Counted from the first letter of the stretch, positions 15,527-25,851 are shown. The stretch is 32,000 nt of DNA from Synechococcus sp. A15-24 (GCF_014280195.1 NZ_CP047960.1:750001-782000); one strand, 5' to 3'. Notes: generated from the letters alone by a model not told the origin. Made by a program: numbers and translations.

Positions 15527-15768
15527 GGCACAAGGCTGTACCCAGACCCACGCATCCAACGCTCGAACTCGATCAGGACCAACTCGTTCGGACAGTCAAT
15601 CAAGGTGAGATTGCCGACGGTGCAGTCCCCGTAGCCACTGTGGTGAAGCGTGAGGTGATAGCCCGATCCGCTGAGCCCACAGACCTCAGGATCACTTCGA
15701 ACAACCACGTCAAGCGACGCTCCGATGCGGGCGACGCGTCGCCTCAGGTCGGACCAGCTGGCGGCCAT
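15523..15768 (-). CDS. Hypothetical soluble protein (81 aa)
   Basis: The ATG at 15768 lies 13 nt after the stop of the upstream gene. Third codon positions are strongly GC-rich. The protein is MAASWSDLRRRVARIGASLDVVVRSDPEVCGLSGSGYHLTLHHSGYGDCTVGNLTLIDCPNELVLIEFERW... Confidence 0.6.
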   Translation of the reverse strand: MAASWSDLRRRVARIGASLDVVVRSDPEVCGLSGSGYHLTLHHSGYGDCTVGNLTLIDCPNELVLIEFERWMRGSGYSLVP

Positions 15769-15781
15769 ATCCCGTTTCTGA

Positions 15782-16399
15782 TCACTTCGTCTCGTTGACG
15801 ATTCTGGACCCTGGTTCGGCCACGTCAACGCTGGTGGTGGTCCTTGGCCGTTGAGGCAGAGGCAACAGCAGAGCCAGGGCGGTGGACAGGCTGATCACCA
15901 GGCCACCGAGTGCCGCTGGCCCCAGTCGACGTTGCAGCGGGATCCGCTCCAAAAGGTCCCTGCGAGCTAAGGGACGATCCTCGGGATAGGTCCATTGCAG
16001 CTTGACCTTGTCATCAAGGCGGAGGCGATCGAGACAGCGCACCAGATCAGCCAGATCCGCATCATCGAGCAGGAGCTGCAACGGCTTGACGCCCTCGCGA
16101 CTGCTCCGCAGCTGCAGCTGGTGTTTGCCGTCCACCGCTTCGATGCCGACGAAGCCCTGATCCCCCCCGAAACGCCCGCCGATGCCGGAGAGCTGGTGAC
16201 GGGCATAGGGCATGACCGCGGCCATCATCGCTTCGAGGTGGTCGCGGGTGCCCTCGAGTTCGGGGGCACCCACCAGTTGAAGCCTCCAGCCAGAAAGGAT
16301 GCCGATGGTGTCACCCTCCTGTCCATCCGACAGATCTGGATACCCCTCCACCACCAGGCGAGCGGCCGTTTGTTCGTAGCAGTGAACTGTTTTCAGCAT
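15782..16399 (-). CDS. Cyanobacterial conserved protein, DUF4335-like, with a C-terminal TM anchor
   Basis: The 205-aa protein has an N-terminal pattern (...AARLVVEGYPDLSD...ILSGWRLQLVG...LEGTRDHLEAMMAAV) that resembles DUF4335 as I remember it. It starts 6 nt after the DUF3038-like stop. Confidence 0.65.
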   Translation of the reverse strand: MLKTVHCYEQTAARLVVEGYPDLSDGQEGDTIGILSGWRLQLVGAPELEGTRDHLEAMMAAVMPYARHQLSGIGGRFGGDQGFVGIEAVDGKHQLQLRSSREGVKPLQLLLDDADLADLVRCLDRLRLDDKVKLQWTYPEDRPLARRDLLERIPLQRRLGPAALGGLVISLSTALALLLPLPQRPRTTTSVDVAEPGSRIVNETK

Positions 16400-16405
16400 G
16401 GCTGT

Positions 16406-16942
16406 TCAGGGTGTTGGGTCCAGCAGAAAAGCCCGCAGCCGGTCGATGCCACCAGGTCCGGCCACCAGGGCCAGGGTGCTCACCAGTCGGTGGTGGGTCG
16501 GCGCATTGCTGGTCGGATCCAGCAGACGCAGCACAGCACCGCGCCGGAGATTCATCCGCTCCTCGATCAGATCCCCCAGTCGCTCACGCAGGAGCTCCCA
16601 TCGCTGCTGAGTCAGCTGCTCAGGTTCCCGGGAGGACAGCAGCTGGTGAAGCATCGGATACAGCCTGTCCGCCATGGCACAGACCAGGGCAATCAACGAT
16701 TCCGCATCCGTGGAGTCCAGCTGGTCCCGTCGAGTGATGCGCCGCAAGGGACTGTGGCAACGACGCTTCCACAGCACAACGCGATTGGGGAACTGGGCCT
16801 GAAGCCCCAGTTGATGACTTGTCCACAGCATGGCCTCGCCTCCGTTGAGATCGAGGGCCTCGGCCGTGAGGAGCAGAAGATCGAGCCGTTCAACACCCCG
16901 TCGGCTGAGGCGCACGCCACTCTGGGTTGGAGCTTTGGTCAT
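16406..16942 (-). CDS. Cyanobacterial conserved protein, DUF3038-like
   Basis: The 178-aa protein reads [24 protein letters not shown]...[20 protein letters not shown]. The family assignment is from memory. The coding strand is supported by codon bias over the 385-aa antisense ORF. Confidence 0.65.
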   Translation of the reverse strand: MTKAPTQSGVRLSRRGVERLDLLLLTAEALDLNGGEAMLWTSHQLGLQAQFPNRVVLWKRRCHSPLRRITRRDQLDSTDAESLIALVCAMADRLYPMLHQLLSSREPEQLTQQRWELLRERLGDLIEERMNLRRGAVLRLLDPTSNAPTHHRLVSTLALVAGPGGIDRLRAFLLDPTP

Positions 16943-17504
16943 GGCTGCGATGATGCCAGGGGTTGGACCCTCGCGTCAGCAGTCATTGGATTTACAGACT
17001 TATATACGCTCAATTCCGGACTTTCCCAAGCCGGGCATCCTGTTTCGGGACATCAATCCATTGCTGCGAAATCCCGCTGCGATGGTGGAAGTGATGCGGC
17101 GTCTTGGCGCGATTTGCGATGCGGTGCAGCCGGATCTCATTGTTGGCATTGAATCCAGAGGCTTCATCGTCGGCACGCCGCTGGCCCTGCAGCGCTCCCT
17201 TGGATTTGTCCCCGTTCGTAAACCGGGAAAACTGCCCGGAGCAGTGATCGGGGTGGATTACGCCTTGGAGTACGGCACTGATCGACTCGAAATCCAGAGC
17301 GATGCCCTGACCGGCAATCCCCGGGTGCTGGTGGTGGATGACCTGCTCGCCACGGGTGGAACTGCCGCGGCCACGGGATCGTTGGTGCGTGCTGCAGGCG
17401 GTGAGCTGGTGGGATTTGCCTTTGTGATTGAACTGGAGCCGCTTGGAGGACGTTCCGCCCTGCCTGATGAGGTTTCTGCGGAGTCGTTAATCCGTTACCC
17501 CTGA
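16941..17504 (+). CDS. apt: Adenine phosphoribosyltransferase
   Basis: The translation reads [25 protein letters not shown]...[14 protein letters not shown]. The start is uncertain (ATG at 16941, 16950 or 16953). The ORF-track start at 16830 lies inside the divergent gene. Confidence 0.9.
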   Translation: MAAMMPGVGPSRQQSLDLQTYIRSIPDFPKPGILFRDINPLLRNPAAMVEVMRRLGAICDAVQPDLIVGIESRGFIVGTPLALQRSLGFVPVRKPGKLPGAVIGVDYALEYGTDRLEIQSDALTGNPRVLVVDDLLATGGTAAATGSLVRAAGGELVGFAFVIELEPLGGRSALPDEVSAESLIRYP

Positions 17505-17707
17505 TTGTTTTCCCAGTCGAGGACCTGTTGAAGCTGCTCAAGGCTGAGCAGACCGAAGCTCCAGAGCACGATGGGTAGCGGTGCTTGTTCCAGTTCAGCC
17601 TGGCGCAGCCCAAGGTTGAGGGCGTTGCTGCTCAGCCCAAGCCGAGCGAGCAGAAAGTCCTGAAGCTCCCTCGACGCTGCCGGTTGTGGATGGCTGCACA
17701 CCACCAT
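17495..17707 (-). CDS. Cyanobacterial conserved small protein (DUF2949-like)
   Basis: I chose the ATG at 17707. The protein reads [51 protein letters not shown]. The family assignment is from memory. The 3' end overlaps the apt 3' end by 10 nt. Confidence 0.6.
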   Translation of the reverse strand: MVVCSHPQPAASRELQDFLLARLGLSSNALNLGLRQAELEQAPLPIVLWSFGLLSLEQLQQVLDWENNQG

Positions 17708-17726
17708 GGCTGAAATCCCTGTGGTT

Positions 17727-18872
17727 TCAGTCTGGCAAGGGTTTGAGCAGTTGGGTTGGCCCATCGGTCATGGCACGCAGGCTGATGCGGCGCAACCAAC
17801 TGAACCGGGCCATGGCCTCGAGGCCGATGCGTCGGAAGGGGAGCAGCCAGCGTTGCTGATTGGAAAACAGCCTCACCAGGAGATCGGTGGCGAGCCCCAC
17901 CATCAACAGATCCGCCCAGCGTGACCGCCCGTAGCGACGCGCCAGCCGCTGACTGGTTCCGCCATGCTCAGCAAGGTTTGTGAGGCTGGCGACATCGCGC
18001 CAGCAGAGGTTCAGCCCCTGCCCGCCGACCGGATGGCAGCGATGGCCGGCTTCGCCGAGCAGAACACCGCGGCCGCGGCTCAGACGCCTTGCCAGCGACC
18101 ATTGCTGGGGAAAGGCTTGTGGCGTGTCAAGCAGCAGATCAGGCTCAATTCCGGCAGGAAGCACGGCTGCAAGTTCGTCAAGGAATTCCGGGGTCGATAA
18201 ATCAGCTCGGCGCTGGCATTGCGTCCAGGGTGCGCTCCACACCACCTGAAAGATGCCGTCCCCAAGAGGTAAAATGGCGAAAGGGCCCTCTGGTCGGAAC
18301 AGCTCATAGGCCATTCCAGGTTTCACACCTCTGAGGACAAGCTTCGAGGTGAGACATCCCTGGCAATAGCGGAATTGCCAGCATCCGATACCCCATTTCG
18401 ATCGAGTCGTCGATCGGGGCCCATCCGCAGCGACGATCAGATCATCAATGCCAGGGGCTGGCGCTGCACAGCCCAGCGAGAGCTCAACGCGATGGTGCTG
18501 ATGGAGACGATCCATCAGAAGTTTCATCAAGGGCTGATGGTCGAGGATCCACCCGATCGCTTGATGGCGAGCGTTCGAATCCGGAAGGTCGTCAAAGCCG
18601 AAGATCACGCGGCCGCCGCACGCCGAGTCTCTGAGATCGAGGGAGCTGAATGCCGTCAGGCTGCCCTGAAGAGCAGTCCAGAGCTTCAGATCCGTCAACA
18701 GACGGCGGCTGGAATGGGTGATGGCGTAGGCGCGGCTCCTAGACAGCAGCTCCTCGCGTGTCAGCGGATCAGTCAGAACAACGCTGCAACCCGTCGACGC
18801 CAGGGCAATTGCTGCCAGGGAGCCAGTCGGTCCGGCTCCCAGGATGTGAACGGTTGTCAAGGACTTGGCCAT
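17727..18872 (-). CDS. FAD-dependent monooxygenase (UbiH/UbiF/COQ6 family)
   Basis: The N-terminal motif is GAGPTGSLAAIALA (GxGxxG), and GEAGHRCHPVGGQGLNLCWRD is the family fingerprint. Confidence 0.85.
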   Translation of the reverse strand: MAKSLTTVHILGAGPTGSLAAIALASTGCSVVLTDPLTREELLSRSRAYAITHSSRRLLTDLKLWTALQGSLTAFSSLDLRDSACGGRVIFGFDDLPDSNARHQAIGWILDHQPLMKLLMDRLHQHHRVELSLGCAAPAPGIDDLIVAADGPRSTTRSKWGIGCWQFRYCQGCLTSKLVLRGVKPGMAYELFRPEGPFAILPLGDGIFQVVWSAPWTQCQRRADLSTPEFLDELAAVLPAGIEPDLLLDTPQAFPQQWSLARRLSRGRGVLLGEAGHRCHPVGGQGLNLCWRDVASLTNLAEHGGTSQRLARRYGRSRWADLLMVGLATDLLVRLFSNQQRWLLPFRRIGLEAMARFSWLRRISLRAMTDGPTQLLKPLPD

Positions 18873-18911
18873 CCAATGAGTGTGGCCAACTCAGCCGGTG
18901 CGCTGTGAGCT

Positions 18912-19166
18912 TCAGCCCAGACCCAGCAACCCGTGGGTGAAGGCTTCACCACCGAGGGCGATTTCCGTGGCGAGCAGGGCGATAAAGCCGAGCATGGCCA
19001 TGCGGCCGTTCAGTTTTTCAGCCCGTTCGTGGAAGCCCCAACCCTGCTCAGCTTCCACCACCTGCATGCGGGGCTCGGAAGCGAATGCGTTCAAACGACC
19101 GCCGTCTTCGGTGGTCACTGTGGCGCCGCGGATCACAGGAGCATCGGTGGAAGGGGTCTGAGCCAT
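18912..19166 (-). CDS. hli: High-light-inducible protein (one-helix CAB/ELIP/HLIP family)
   Basis: The 84-aa protein reads [17 protein letters not shown]...[25 protein letters not shown], containing the canonical HLIP chlorophyll-binding helix. Confidence 0.9.
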   Translation of the reverse strand: MAQTPSTDAPVIRGATVTTEDGGRLNAFASEPRMQVVEAEQGWGFHERAEKLNGRMAMLGFIALLATEIALGGEAFTHGLLGLG

Positions 19167-19181
19167 GGCGACATCAAGTGA

Positions 19182-19199
19182 ATTGCTACAGAGTGTAAA
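19182..19199 (-). promoter_or_regulatory. HLR1-like direct repeat (candidate RpaB site) upstream of hli
   Basis: The minus strand reads TTTACACT-CT-GTAGCAAT. This matches the consensus (G/T)TTACA(T/A)(T/A)-NN-(G/T)TTACA(T/A)(T/A) at 13 of 16 positions. It lies 15-33 nt upstream of the ATG. Confidence 0.3.
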
Positions 19200-19233
19200 C
19201 CAGTTTTAAGAAATGTTCCCTGGTTGCTCTGAT

Positions 19234-19890
19234 TCAGCTCTTACTGCTCAACCGTCGCTGGCATAGCTCCTCAAATGCGGGTCGCAGCAAGAAGGGGTAT
19301 TCACCGGCCCACATCCGCAAGCCGGGCATCCAGGCATCGCTGAAGCTGCCAATGCGGGAAAAGTCCTTGCGGTCACTAAGTACCAGACAGCGAATCACCA
19401 TTCCCCGTCGAATCGACTGATGCCGTTTCTCCATGGGAAACGCCAGGCGACCCAGGTAGCCATCCTCATCCTCAAGCTCCAGCAGCACCCAGGTCCGCCT
19501 GTTCTCCACCAGCTCCAGTTGCCCGCGACTGTCCGCCTGTTCGTGGCGACCTTCAACACGTTCTCGGGTGGTGACGTCTGCCACTTCACCTTCGAATAGC
19601 GCTGCCGCTGGATAGCGGCGCAGGGTGGCGTTGCGCTGGCCAGCCTCAACGATGGGGCCCCACAGCATGTAAAGGAAGAACACCACGCTGATCACCAGCC
19701 AGACAGGTCCCCAGCGGCTGCCTAGCTGAGCCTGGTTGTAAATCAGAAATGTGATCACACCGCCGATGGCGGCGATCATCAATCGCTGCAGCACCTGTTG
19801 TGGTGTTCCAAGGGAGGCGCGGAACTGATTGCCGGTGGCCACTGCCGGAATCAGTCGCTGCAGCTCTCCGGGTTTGAGGGGGATGAGCAT
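19234..19890 (-). CDS. Hypothetical membrane protein (218 aa; 2 TM plus a soluble C-terminal domain)
   Basis: It starts 12 nt downstream of the dapB stop on the same strand. Hydrophobic segments are MIAAIGGVITFLIY and GPVWLVISVVFFLYMLWGPIV. Codon bias is good. Confidence 0.65.
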   Translation of the reverse strand: MLIPLKPGELQRLIPAVATGNQFRASLGTPQQVLQRLMIAAIGGVITFLIYNQAQLGSRWGPVWLVISVVFFLYMLWGPIVEAGQRNATLRRYPAAALFEGEVADVTTRERVEGRHEQADSRGQLELVENRRTWVLLELEDEDGYLGRLAFPMEKRHQSIRRGMVIRCLVLSDRKDFSRIGSFSDAWMPGLRMWAGEYPFLLRPAFEELCQRRLSSKS

Positions 19891-19902
19891 GGATCGCAGC
19901 GT

Positions 19903-20736
19903 TCAGATCAGCCGTTCAAGGCCGTAAACCAGCGTCTGCAGTGAACGCACCTTGCGCACGGTGAGAAGGACACCCGGCATGTAGGCGGAACGATCAATGG
20001 TGTCGTGGCGCAGCGTGTAGGTCTCGCCCGGTGCACCGAACATCACTTCCTGATGGGCCACCAGGCCCGGTAAGCGCAGGGAATGGAGCCGAAGCCCGCT
20101 CTCACGACGACCACCTCGGGAGCCTGCCAGCGATTCATGCTCATCCACTTCGGCAGGGTTGAAGCTCTTGCCGAGCTCCTCCATCAGTTCGGCGGTTTTG
20201 ATGCAGGTGCCACTGGGAGCATCCGCCTTGCGGTTGTGATGCAGTTCGGTGAGCTCAGCGTGGTCGTAAAAGCGTGCTGCTGCTGCTGCGGCCTGCTGCA
20301 ACAGGACCATGCCGACGGAGAAATTTGGAATCACGGCTCCTCCGATGGAGGCCTTGGCAGCGAACTTACAAAGATCACTCAATTGTTCCGGGGAGAGGCC
20401 TGTGGTGCCAATCACTGGGTGCACGCCGTAGGCAAAAGCTGCCCGGGTGTGCTCGTAGACGACCGACGGATGGGTGAAATCCACCAGCACGGCCCCGGCT
20501 TCCTCATCCCGCACCGACTGGCTCACGGCGCAGAGGCAGCCTTCGAAATCGGCTGTCACCGCAACCTCCAGCTCGCCCAGTCCCAGTTCAAGGCCGATGT
20601 CACTCCCTTCTTTGCCGGCGGTGTTGTCGATGGCCCCCACCAGCGTGCAATCCGCAGATCCCACCACTGCCTTGATCACTTCGGCACCCATGCGACCAAG
20701 GGCACCGGCCACCACGACGGGTATGGATGGGGGCAT
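19903..20736 (-). CDS. dapB: 4-hydroxy-tetrahydrodipicolinate reductase
   Basis: The translation reads [20 protein letters not shown]...DFTHP...VIGTTG...[14 protein letters not shown], the DapB hallmarks. Confidence 0.95.
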   Translation of the reverse strand: MPPSIPVVVAGALGRMGAEVIKAVVGSADCTLVGAIDNTAGKEGSDIGLELGLGELEVAVTADFEGCLCAVSQSVRDEEAGAVLVDFTHPSVVYEHTRAAFAYGVHPVIGTTGLSPEQLSDLCKFAAKASIGGAVIPNFSVGMVLLQQAAAAAARFYDHAELTELHHNRKADAPSGTCIKTAELMEELGKSFNPAEVDEHESLAGSRGGRRESGLRLHSLRLPGLVAHQEVMFGAPGETYTLRHDTIDRSAYMPGVLLTVRKVRSLQTLVYGLERLI

Positions 20737-20852
20737 CGACGTGCTGCGTGTCCCTAAAGCCTATGGGGCGACTCGTGTAACTCCCGATCCCGAATCCTCG
20801 CGTCCAAGCGGCGACTCGCCGTAAGGTTCTTCACATTGCTCAAGACGCGCAG

Positions 20853-23800
20853 ATGTTCACACAGGTCCGCTCCGCCGATCGCCGCGTTGCTCCTGTAGAG
20901 GGACAGAACCACAAGTCCGTAATGAAGGCGGTTTATGTGGTGCTTGAGCCCCAGTACCAGAACGCGCTGACTCAGGCGGCAACTGCTCTCAATGCGTCTG
21001 GCAGTGAGCTTGGAATCGAGCTGAGCGGCTATCTAATCGAAGAGCTCCGTGACGAGGAGAACTACGCCGGTTTCTGTGCGGACGTGGCTAAGGCGGATGT
21101 GTTCGTCGCCTCGTTGATCTTCATCGAAGATCTGGCACAGAAGGTGGTGGATGCCGTTGCACCCCATCGCGACCGGCTCAAAGCGGCAGTTGTGTTCCCC
21201 TCCATGCCGGAGGTGATGCGTCTGAACAAGCTCGGCAGCTTTTCCATGGCTCAGTTGGGCCAGAGCAAGAGTGCGATTGCCGGCTTCATGAAAAAGAGGA
21301 AGGACGCCGGCGGCGCCGGTTTCCAGGACGCCATGCTCAAGCTTCTGAACACGCTTCCGACTGTTCTCAAGTACCTGCCGGTTGAGAAAGCGCAGGATGC
21401 CCGCAGCTTCATGCTCAGCTTCCAGTACTGGCTCGGGGGAACGCCAGACAACCTGAAGAACTTCCTGTTGATGCTGGCGGATAAGTACGTCTTCCCTCCT
21501 GCAGAAGGCGAGGAGCGTCCAGCGATGGAGGTTGCCGAGCCTGAAGTGTTCCCGGATCTGGGGATCTGGCACCCCTTGGCTCCGACGATGTTTGAGGACC
21601 TCAAGGAGTACCTCAACTGGACCGCCAGCCGCACCGATCTCTCCGAGGAAGCCCGCAAAGGCCCGGTGATCGGTTTGGTGCTGCAGCGCAGCCACATCGT
21701 TACCGGTGACGACGCCCATTACGTAGCCACAGTTCAGGAGCTGGAATTCCGCGGTGCCCGCGTGATTCCGATTTTCTGCGGCGGCCTGGACTTCTCCAAA
21801 CCTGTCAACGCCTTCTTCTACGACCCGCTCAATCCTGAGCAGCCTCTGGTGGATGGCATCGTTTCCCTGACGGGCTTTGCACTGGTGGGTGGCCCGGCCC
21901 GACAGGACCACCCCAAGGCGATCGAGTCGCTGAAGAAGCTCAACCGCCCTTACATGGTGGCTTTGCCTCTTGTCTTCCAGACCACCCAGGAATGGGAAGA
22001 CAGCGACCTAGGCCTGCACCCGGTTCAGGTGGCACTGCAGATCGCCATCCCTGAGCTCGATGGTGCGATCGAACCCATCGTGCTCTCAGGCCGTGATGAC
22101 GCCACAGGTAAAGCACACACCCTGCAGGACCGGGTGGATGCCATCGCAGAGCGGGCCATCCGTTGGTCGTCCCTGCGGATCAAGCCCCGCATCGACAAGA
22201 AGCTGGCGATCACCGTGTTCAGCTTTCCGCCTGACAAAGGCAATGTCGGCACAGCGGCTTACCTCGATGTTTTTGGCTCCATCCATCGGGTGATGGAGGA
22301 GATGAAGGTCAAGGGCTACGACGTTCAAGGTCTGCCCTCCACACCAAGAGCTTTGCTCGATGCTGTCATCAACGACGCCGATGCCATGCAGGGAGCCCCC
22401 GAGCTCTCAATCGCACACCGCATGAGCGTGGAGGAGTACGAGCGCCTGACGCCTTACTCCGAACGACTGGAAGAGAACTGGGGCAAGCCCCCCGGCAACC
22501 TCAACAGCGATGGCCAAAACCTTTTGGTGTTTGGTCGCCACTTCGGCAATGTTTTCGTCGGCGTTCAACCCACTTTCGGCTACGAAGGCGACCCGATGCG
22601 CCTGCTCTATTCCCGTAGTGCAAGCCCCCACCACGGTTTCGCCGCGTACTACACCTATCTGCAGAAGATCTGGAAGGCGGACGCGGTGCTGCACTTCGGC
22701 ACCCACGGTTCCCTCGAGTTCATGCCCGGGAAGCAGATGGGCATGAGCGAAACCTGCTACCCCGATTCACTGATCGGTGCACTGCCCAATCTCTACTACT
22801 ACGCCGCAAATAACCCCTCAGAGGCCACCATCGCCAAGCGGCGGGGTTATGCCTCCACCATCAGCTACCTCACCCCTCCGGCCGAAAATGCTGGCCTCTA
22901 CAAGGGGCTGAAGGAACTGGGCGAGCTGGTGGGCTCCTACCAGCAGCTGCGCGAAGGGGGCCGCGGCATTCAGATCGTCAACACGATCATCGAGACAGCA
23001 CGTCAGTGCAACCTCGATAAGGACGTCGATCTTCCTGAGGAGGATTCGTCGACCCTTGAACTGGACGGACGGGATGCCCTGGTGGGTGCTGTTTACCGCC
23101 AGTTGATGGAGATCGAGAGTCGTTTGCTTCCTTGCGGTCTTCACACCATCGGCAAGCCTCCCACCGCTGAGGAAGCTGTTGCCACCCTTGTGAACATCGC
23201 TGCTCTTGAGCGCGAAGAAGATGGCCTGCGCTCACTTCCCGGCCTGTTGGCTGAGGCCATGGGCCGTTCCATTGACGACATCTACAAAGGCAATGACGAC
23301 GGTGTGCTCGCCGATGTGGAGCTGAACCGCACGATCACGGAGACATCCAGGGCCGCTATCGGCGCCATGGTTCGCTCCCTGACCGGCCTCGATGGTCGCG
23401 TCAGCATGCGGAACAGCTTCGGTTGGTTCTACGACCTGCTGGCGAAGTTCGGACTCAAGCTCCCTTCTCCATGGCTACGGGCCTGCTGCGGTGCTGGATT
23501 TGTCCAGATTGATGCCACTGAACTCGACAAGTTGTTTGCCTATCTGCGCTTCTGTTTGGAGCAGATTTGCGCCGATATGGAAATGGAGAGTCTGCTCAAG
23601 GCTCTCGATGGTGAATACATTCTCCCGGGCCCCGGTGGTGATCCGATCCGGAATCCTGGTGTGCTGCCCAGCGGCAAGAACATCCACGCCCTCGACCCCC
23701 AGGCCATTCCGACCAGGGCTGCTGTCGCCGCAGCGAAGAGTGTTGTCGACAAGCTCATTGAGCGTCAGCGAGAGGAGCAGGGCACCTGGCCCGAAACGAT

Positions 23801-24863
23801 TGCCTGCGTGCTCTGGGGCACGGACAACATCAAGACCTACGGCGAATCCCTGGCTCAGATTCTTTGGTTCGTCGGTGTCAAGCCGATGCCTGATTCCGTG
23901 GGTCGGGTTAACAAGCTTGAGCTGATTCCCCTCGAAGAGCTGGGTCGCCCCCGGGTGGATGTGGTGGTGAATTGCTCCGGTGTATTCCGTGACCTGTTCA
24001 TCAACCAAATGGCTCTGATTGATCAGGCCGTGAAGATGGCGGCCGAGGCGGATGAGCCCCTCGAGCAGAACTTCGTGCGCAAGCACGCTCTGGAGCAGGC
24101 AGAGAAAGAGGGCACCTCCCTTAGGGATGCCGCCTGCCGCGTGTTCTCCAATGCCAGCGGCAGCTACAGCTCCAACGTGAACCTGGCGGTGGAGAACAGC
24201 ACCTGGGAGGAAGAGGGCGAGCTTCAGGAGATGTATCTCTCCCGCAAGACCTTTGCCTTCAATGCTGATAACCCTGGTGAGATGAACCAGAAGCGTGAGG
24301 TGTTCGAGAACGTGATGAAGACGGCGGATGTCACCTTCCAGAACCTCGACTCCGCGGAGATCTCCCTCACGGATGTCAGTCACTACTTCGACTCCGACCC
24401 CACCAAAATGATCGCTGGCCTGCGGGATGACGGCAAAGCTCCCACCAGCTACATCGCTGACACCACGACGGCCAACGCGCAGGTTCGTTCGCTGAGTGAA
24501 ACGATTCGCCTGGATTCACGCACCAAGTTGCTGAATCCCAAGTGGTACGAGGGCATGCTCGACTCTGGTTATGAAGGTGTGCGTGAAGTGGCCAAGCGCC
24601 TCAACTTCACCCTTGGCTGGAGTGCCACCAGTGGTGCCGTGGACAACTTCGTATACGAGGAAGCCAATGACACCTTCATCAATGATCCGGAGATGCGCAA
24701 ACGCCTCCTGGAACTGAACCCCAACAGCTTCCGTCAGATCGTTGGAACTCTGCTGGAGGTTCATGGTCGTGGCTATTGGGAGACGTCCGATGAGAACATC
24801 GAACAACTCCAGGAGCTCTACCAGGAGGTTGAGGATCGCATTGAAGGCGTCGTGACTGACTGA
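20853..24863 (+). CDS. chlH: Magnesium chelatase subunit H
   Basis: The 1336-aa protein starts [36 protein letters not shown] and is collinear with cyanobacterial ChlH throughout. Confidence 0.97.
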   Translation: MFTQVRSADRRVAPVEGQNHKSVMKAVYVVLEPQYQNALTQAATALNASGSELGIELSGYLIEELRDEENYAGFCADVAKADVFVASLIFIEDLAQKVVDAVAPHRDRLKAAVVFPSMPEVMRLNKLGSFSMAQLGQSKSAIAGFMKKRKDAGGAGFQDAMLKLLNTLPTVLKYLPVEKAQDARSFMLSFQYWLGGTPDNLKNFLLMLADKYVFPPAEGEERPAMEVAEPEVFPDLGIWHPLAPTMFEDLKEYLNWTASRTDLSEEARKGPVIGLVLQRSHIVTGDDAHYVATVQELEFRGARVIPIFCGGLDFSKPVNAFFYDPLNPEQPLVDGIVSLTGFALVGGPARQDHPKAIESLKKLNRPYMVALPLVFQTTQEWEDSDLGLHPVQVALQIAIPELDGAIEPIVLSGRDDATGKAHTLQDRVDAIAERAIRWSSLRIKPRIDKKLAITVFSFPPDKGNVGTAAYLDVFGSIHRVMEEMKVKGYDVQGLPSTPRALLDAVINDADAMQGAPELSIAHRMSVEEYERLTPYSERLEENWGKPPGNLNSDGQNLLVFGRHFGNVFVGVQPTFGYEGDPMRLLYSRSASPHHGFAAYYTYLQKIWKADAVLHFGTHGSLEFMPGKQMGMSETCYPDSLIGALPNLYYYAANNPSEATIAKRRGYASTISYLTPPAENAGLYKGLKELGELVGSYQQLREGGRGIQIVNTIIETARQCNLDKDVDLPEEDSSTLELDGRDALVGAVYRQLMEIESRLLPCGLHTIGKPPTAEEAVATLVNIAALEREEDGLRSLPGLLAEAMGRSIDDIYKGNDDGVLADVELNRTITETSRAAIGAMVRSLTGLDGRVSMRNSFGWFYDLLAKFGLKLPSPWLRACCGAGFVQIDATELDKLFAYLRFCLEQICADMEMESLLKALDGEYILPGPGGDPIRNPGVLPSGKNIHALDPQAIPTRAAVAAAKSVVDKLIERQREEQGTWPETIACVLWGTDNIKTYGESLAQILWFVGVKPMPDSVGRVNKLELIPLEELGRPRVDVVVNCSGVFRDLFINQMALIDQAVKMAAEADEPLEQNFVRKHALEQAEKEGTSLRDAACRVFSNASGSYSSNVNLAVENSTWEEEGELQEMYLSRKTFAFNADNPGEMNQKREVFENVMKTADVTFQNLDSAEISLTDVSHYFDSDPTKMIAGLRDDGKAPTSYIADTTTANAQVRSLSETIRLDSRTKLLNPKWYEGMLDSGYEGVREVAKRLNFTLGWSATSGAVDNFVYEEANDTFINDPEMRKRLLELNPNSFRQIVGTLLEVHGRGYWETSDENIEQLQELYQEVEDRIEGVVTD

Positions 24864-24870
24864 CCCTTCT

Positions 24871-24903
24871 GCTTCAGCTGGCTGGAAATTGGCCAGCTGA
24901 AGC
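24871..24903 (+). terminator. chlH terminator hairpin, embedded in the 3' end of the convergent glycosyltransferase gene
   Basis: GCTTCAGCTGGC (24871-24882) pairs with GCCAGCTGAAGC (24892-24903), giving a 12-bp perfect stem and a 9-nt loop, followed by ATTTTG. It begins 8 nt after the chlH stop. Confidence 0.6.
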
Positions 24904-25851
24904 ATTTTGATTGATGGTTTGGTCTCGAAATGCAATTCCTGCCATTCGTTCGTAGTCGCTGAGATCTCGTCTTGTTCCAAGTCCGTATTGTTCCAAACCT
25001 TCGAAGTCCTTCAGGGTTGGGGCCAGATTGGCTGGAGCAATCAACAGGCTACCTAACAGCTTATGAACCCGAACGAGTGATCGTCGGTTCAGTTGAAACC
25101 AGTCTTGGTGATCGCTCCAGTGAGTGGCAGATGTATCGCCATCTCCACTAGAGCTTTTGTATAAGTGAAACAGTAATAATCGATTTGGGCAGTAAATATT
25201 GTATCCGTGGGTCCATAGTCGTGCCGACATGGAGATTTCTTCTCCGTAAAAATAGAGCTCTGGATCGTAGGGAACATTTTCAACGATTTTTCCGGGGCCG
25301 AACAGAAACCCACCGGCCACAAACGCATTCGGCAGTGGTTTCTCTGGTTGTTGCTCCGGCATTCGATATCGGCTGATGCCTTGAAATTTGAGGATGCCGT
25401 AGTCGTCAAAGGCCTTGGCCGCCATCACCGGCAATGTGCTGGTCTGCAGTTGGCACGGTTGTTGGAAGCCATTGGGATACACGCTCAAGACCGCTTCTCT
25501 GTCGTTGCAATCCCTCCACGTTTGCAACAAGAAATCGTCCCAGTTCCGGACAGCACGCATGTGGCTGTCGATCTGCAGCAGAAAGTCCTCACCGCTGTAG
25601 AACACTTGAGCCTGGCTGCGTGCCCAGCAAGCACCACGACTGTCTGCTGCGTCTACATCCTTGACCTGCAGATGGGCGTGATCAGGGAAGGATTGCTCGC
25701 CCCAGCTCAGGGGATCCGACGCATCCAATTGCAGGCAAATACCGAATTTCAGCCGCTCGGGATGAGCGGCCTGCTCAAGCAGATTGTTGAGCGATGCGGC
25801 GAGATCCGGGTCTCGATAAGCAGCGATCTGAACGAATATTGTGCTGGTCAC
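24874..25851 (-). CDS. Glycosyltransferase of the GlcNAc-transferase-like family (GT2-related)
   Basis: The translation reads IFVQIAAYRDPDLAASLNNLL...PERLKFGICLQ...ACWARSQAQ..Y.GEDFLLQIDSHMR...FVAGGFLF...EEISMSARLWTHGY. This is the pattern of the family annotated as Glycosyltransferase (GlcNAc), recalled from memory. The GTG at 25851 overlaps the folP stop (GTGA). The ORF-track ATG at 25962 lies inside folP. Confidence 0.7.
   Translation of the reverse strand: MTSTIFVQIAAYRDPDLAASLNNLLEQAAHPERLKFGICLQLDASDPLSWGEQSFPDHAHLQVKDVDAADSRGACWARSQAQVFYSGEDFLLQIDSHMRAVRNWDDFLLQTWRDCNDREAVLSVYPNGFQQPCQLQTSTLPVMAAKAFDDYGILKFQGISRYRMPEQQPEKPLPNAFVAGGFLFGPGKIVENVPYDPELYFYGEEISMSARLWTHGYNIYCPNRLLLFHLYKSSSGDGDTSATHWSDHQDWFQLNRRSLVRVHKLLGSLLIAPANLAPTLKDFEGLEQYGLGTRRDLSDYERMAGIAFRDQTINQNASAGQFPAS

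Noticed and set aside
16940-16943. Divergent genes appear to share a CATG so that both start codons overlap. The same pattern occurs at 27675-27678 for the S4 and ABC genes.
   Set aside because: This is most likely an artefact of taking the longest ORFs. Family-typical N-termini begin further in: apt at 16950 or 16953, and the S4 protein at 27635 (MKLDQYLKW).
15995-17152. A 385-aa plus-strand ORF spans the DUF4335-like and DUF3038-like genes and the apt 5' end.
   Set aside because: The composition is unprotein-like (runs of Q/H/G). The minus-strand genes have better third-position GC bias and family-like sequence. The 3' part reads out of frame across apt.
21033-24383. Several 150-300 aa minus-strand ORFs (21033-21911, 23475-24383 and others) lie inside chlH.
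   Set aside because: They are antisense to a 1336-aa ChlH that is collinear with the family over its full length, and they contain no motifs.
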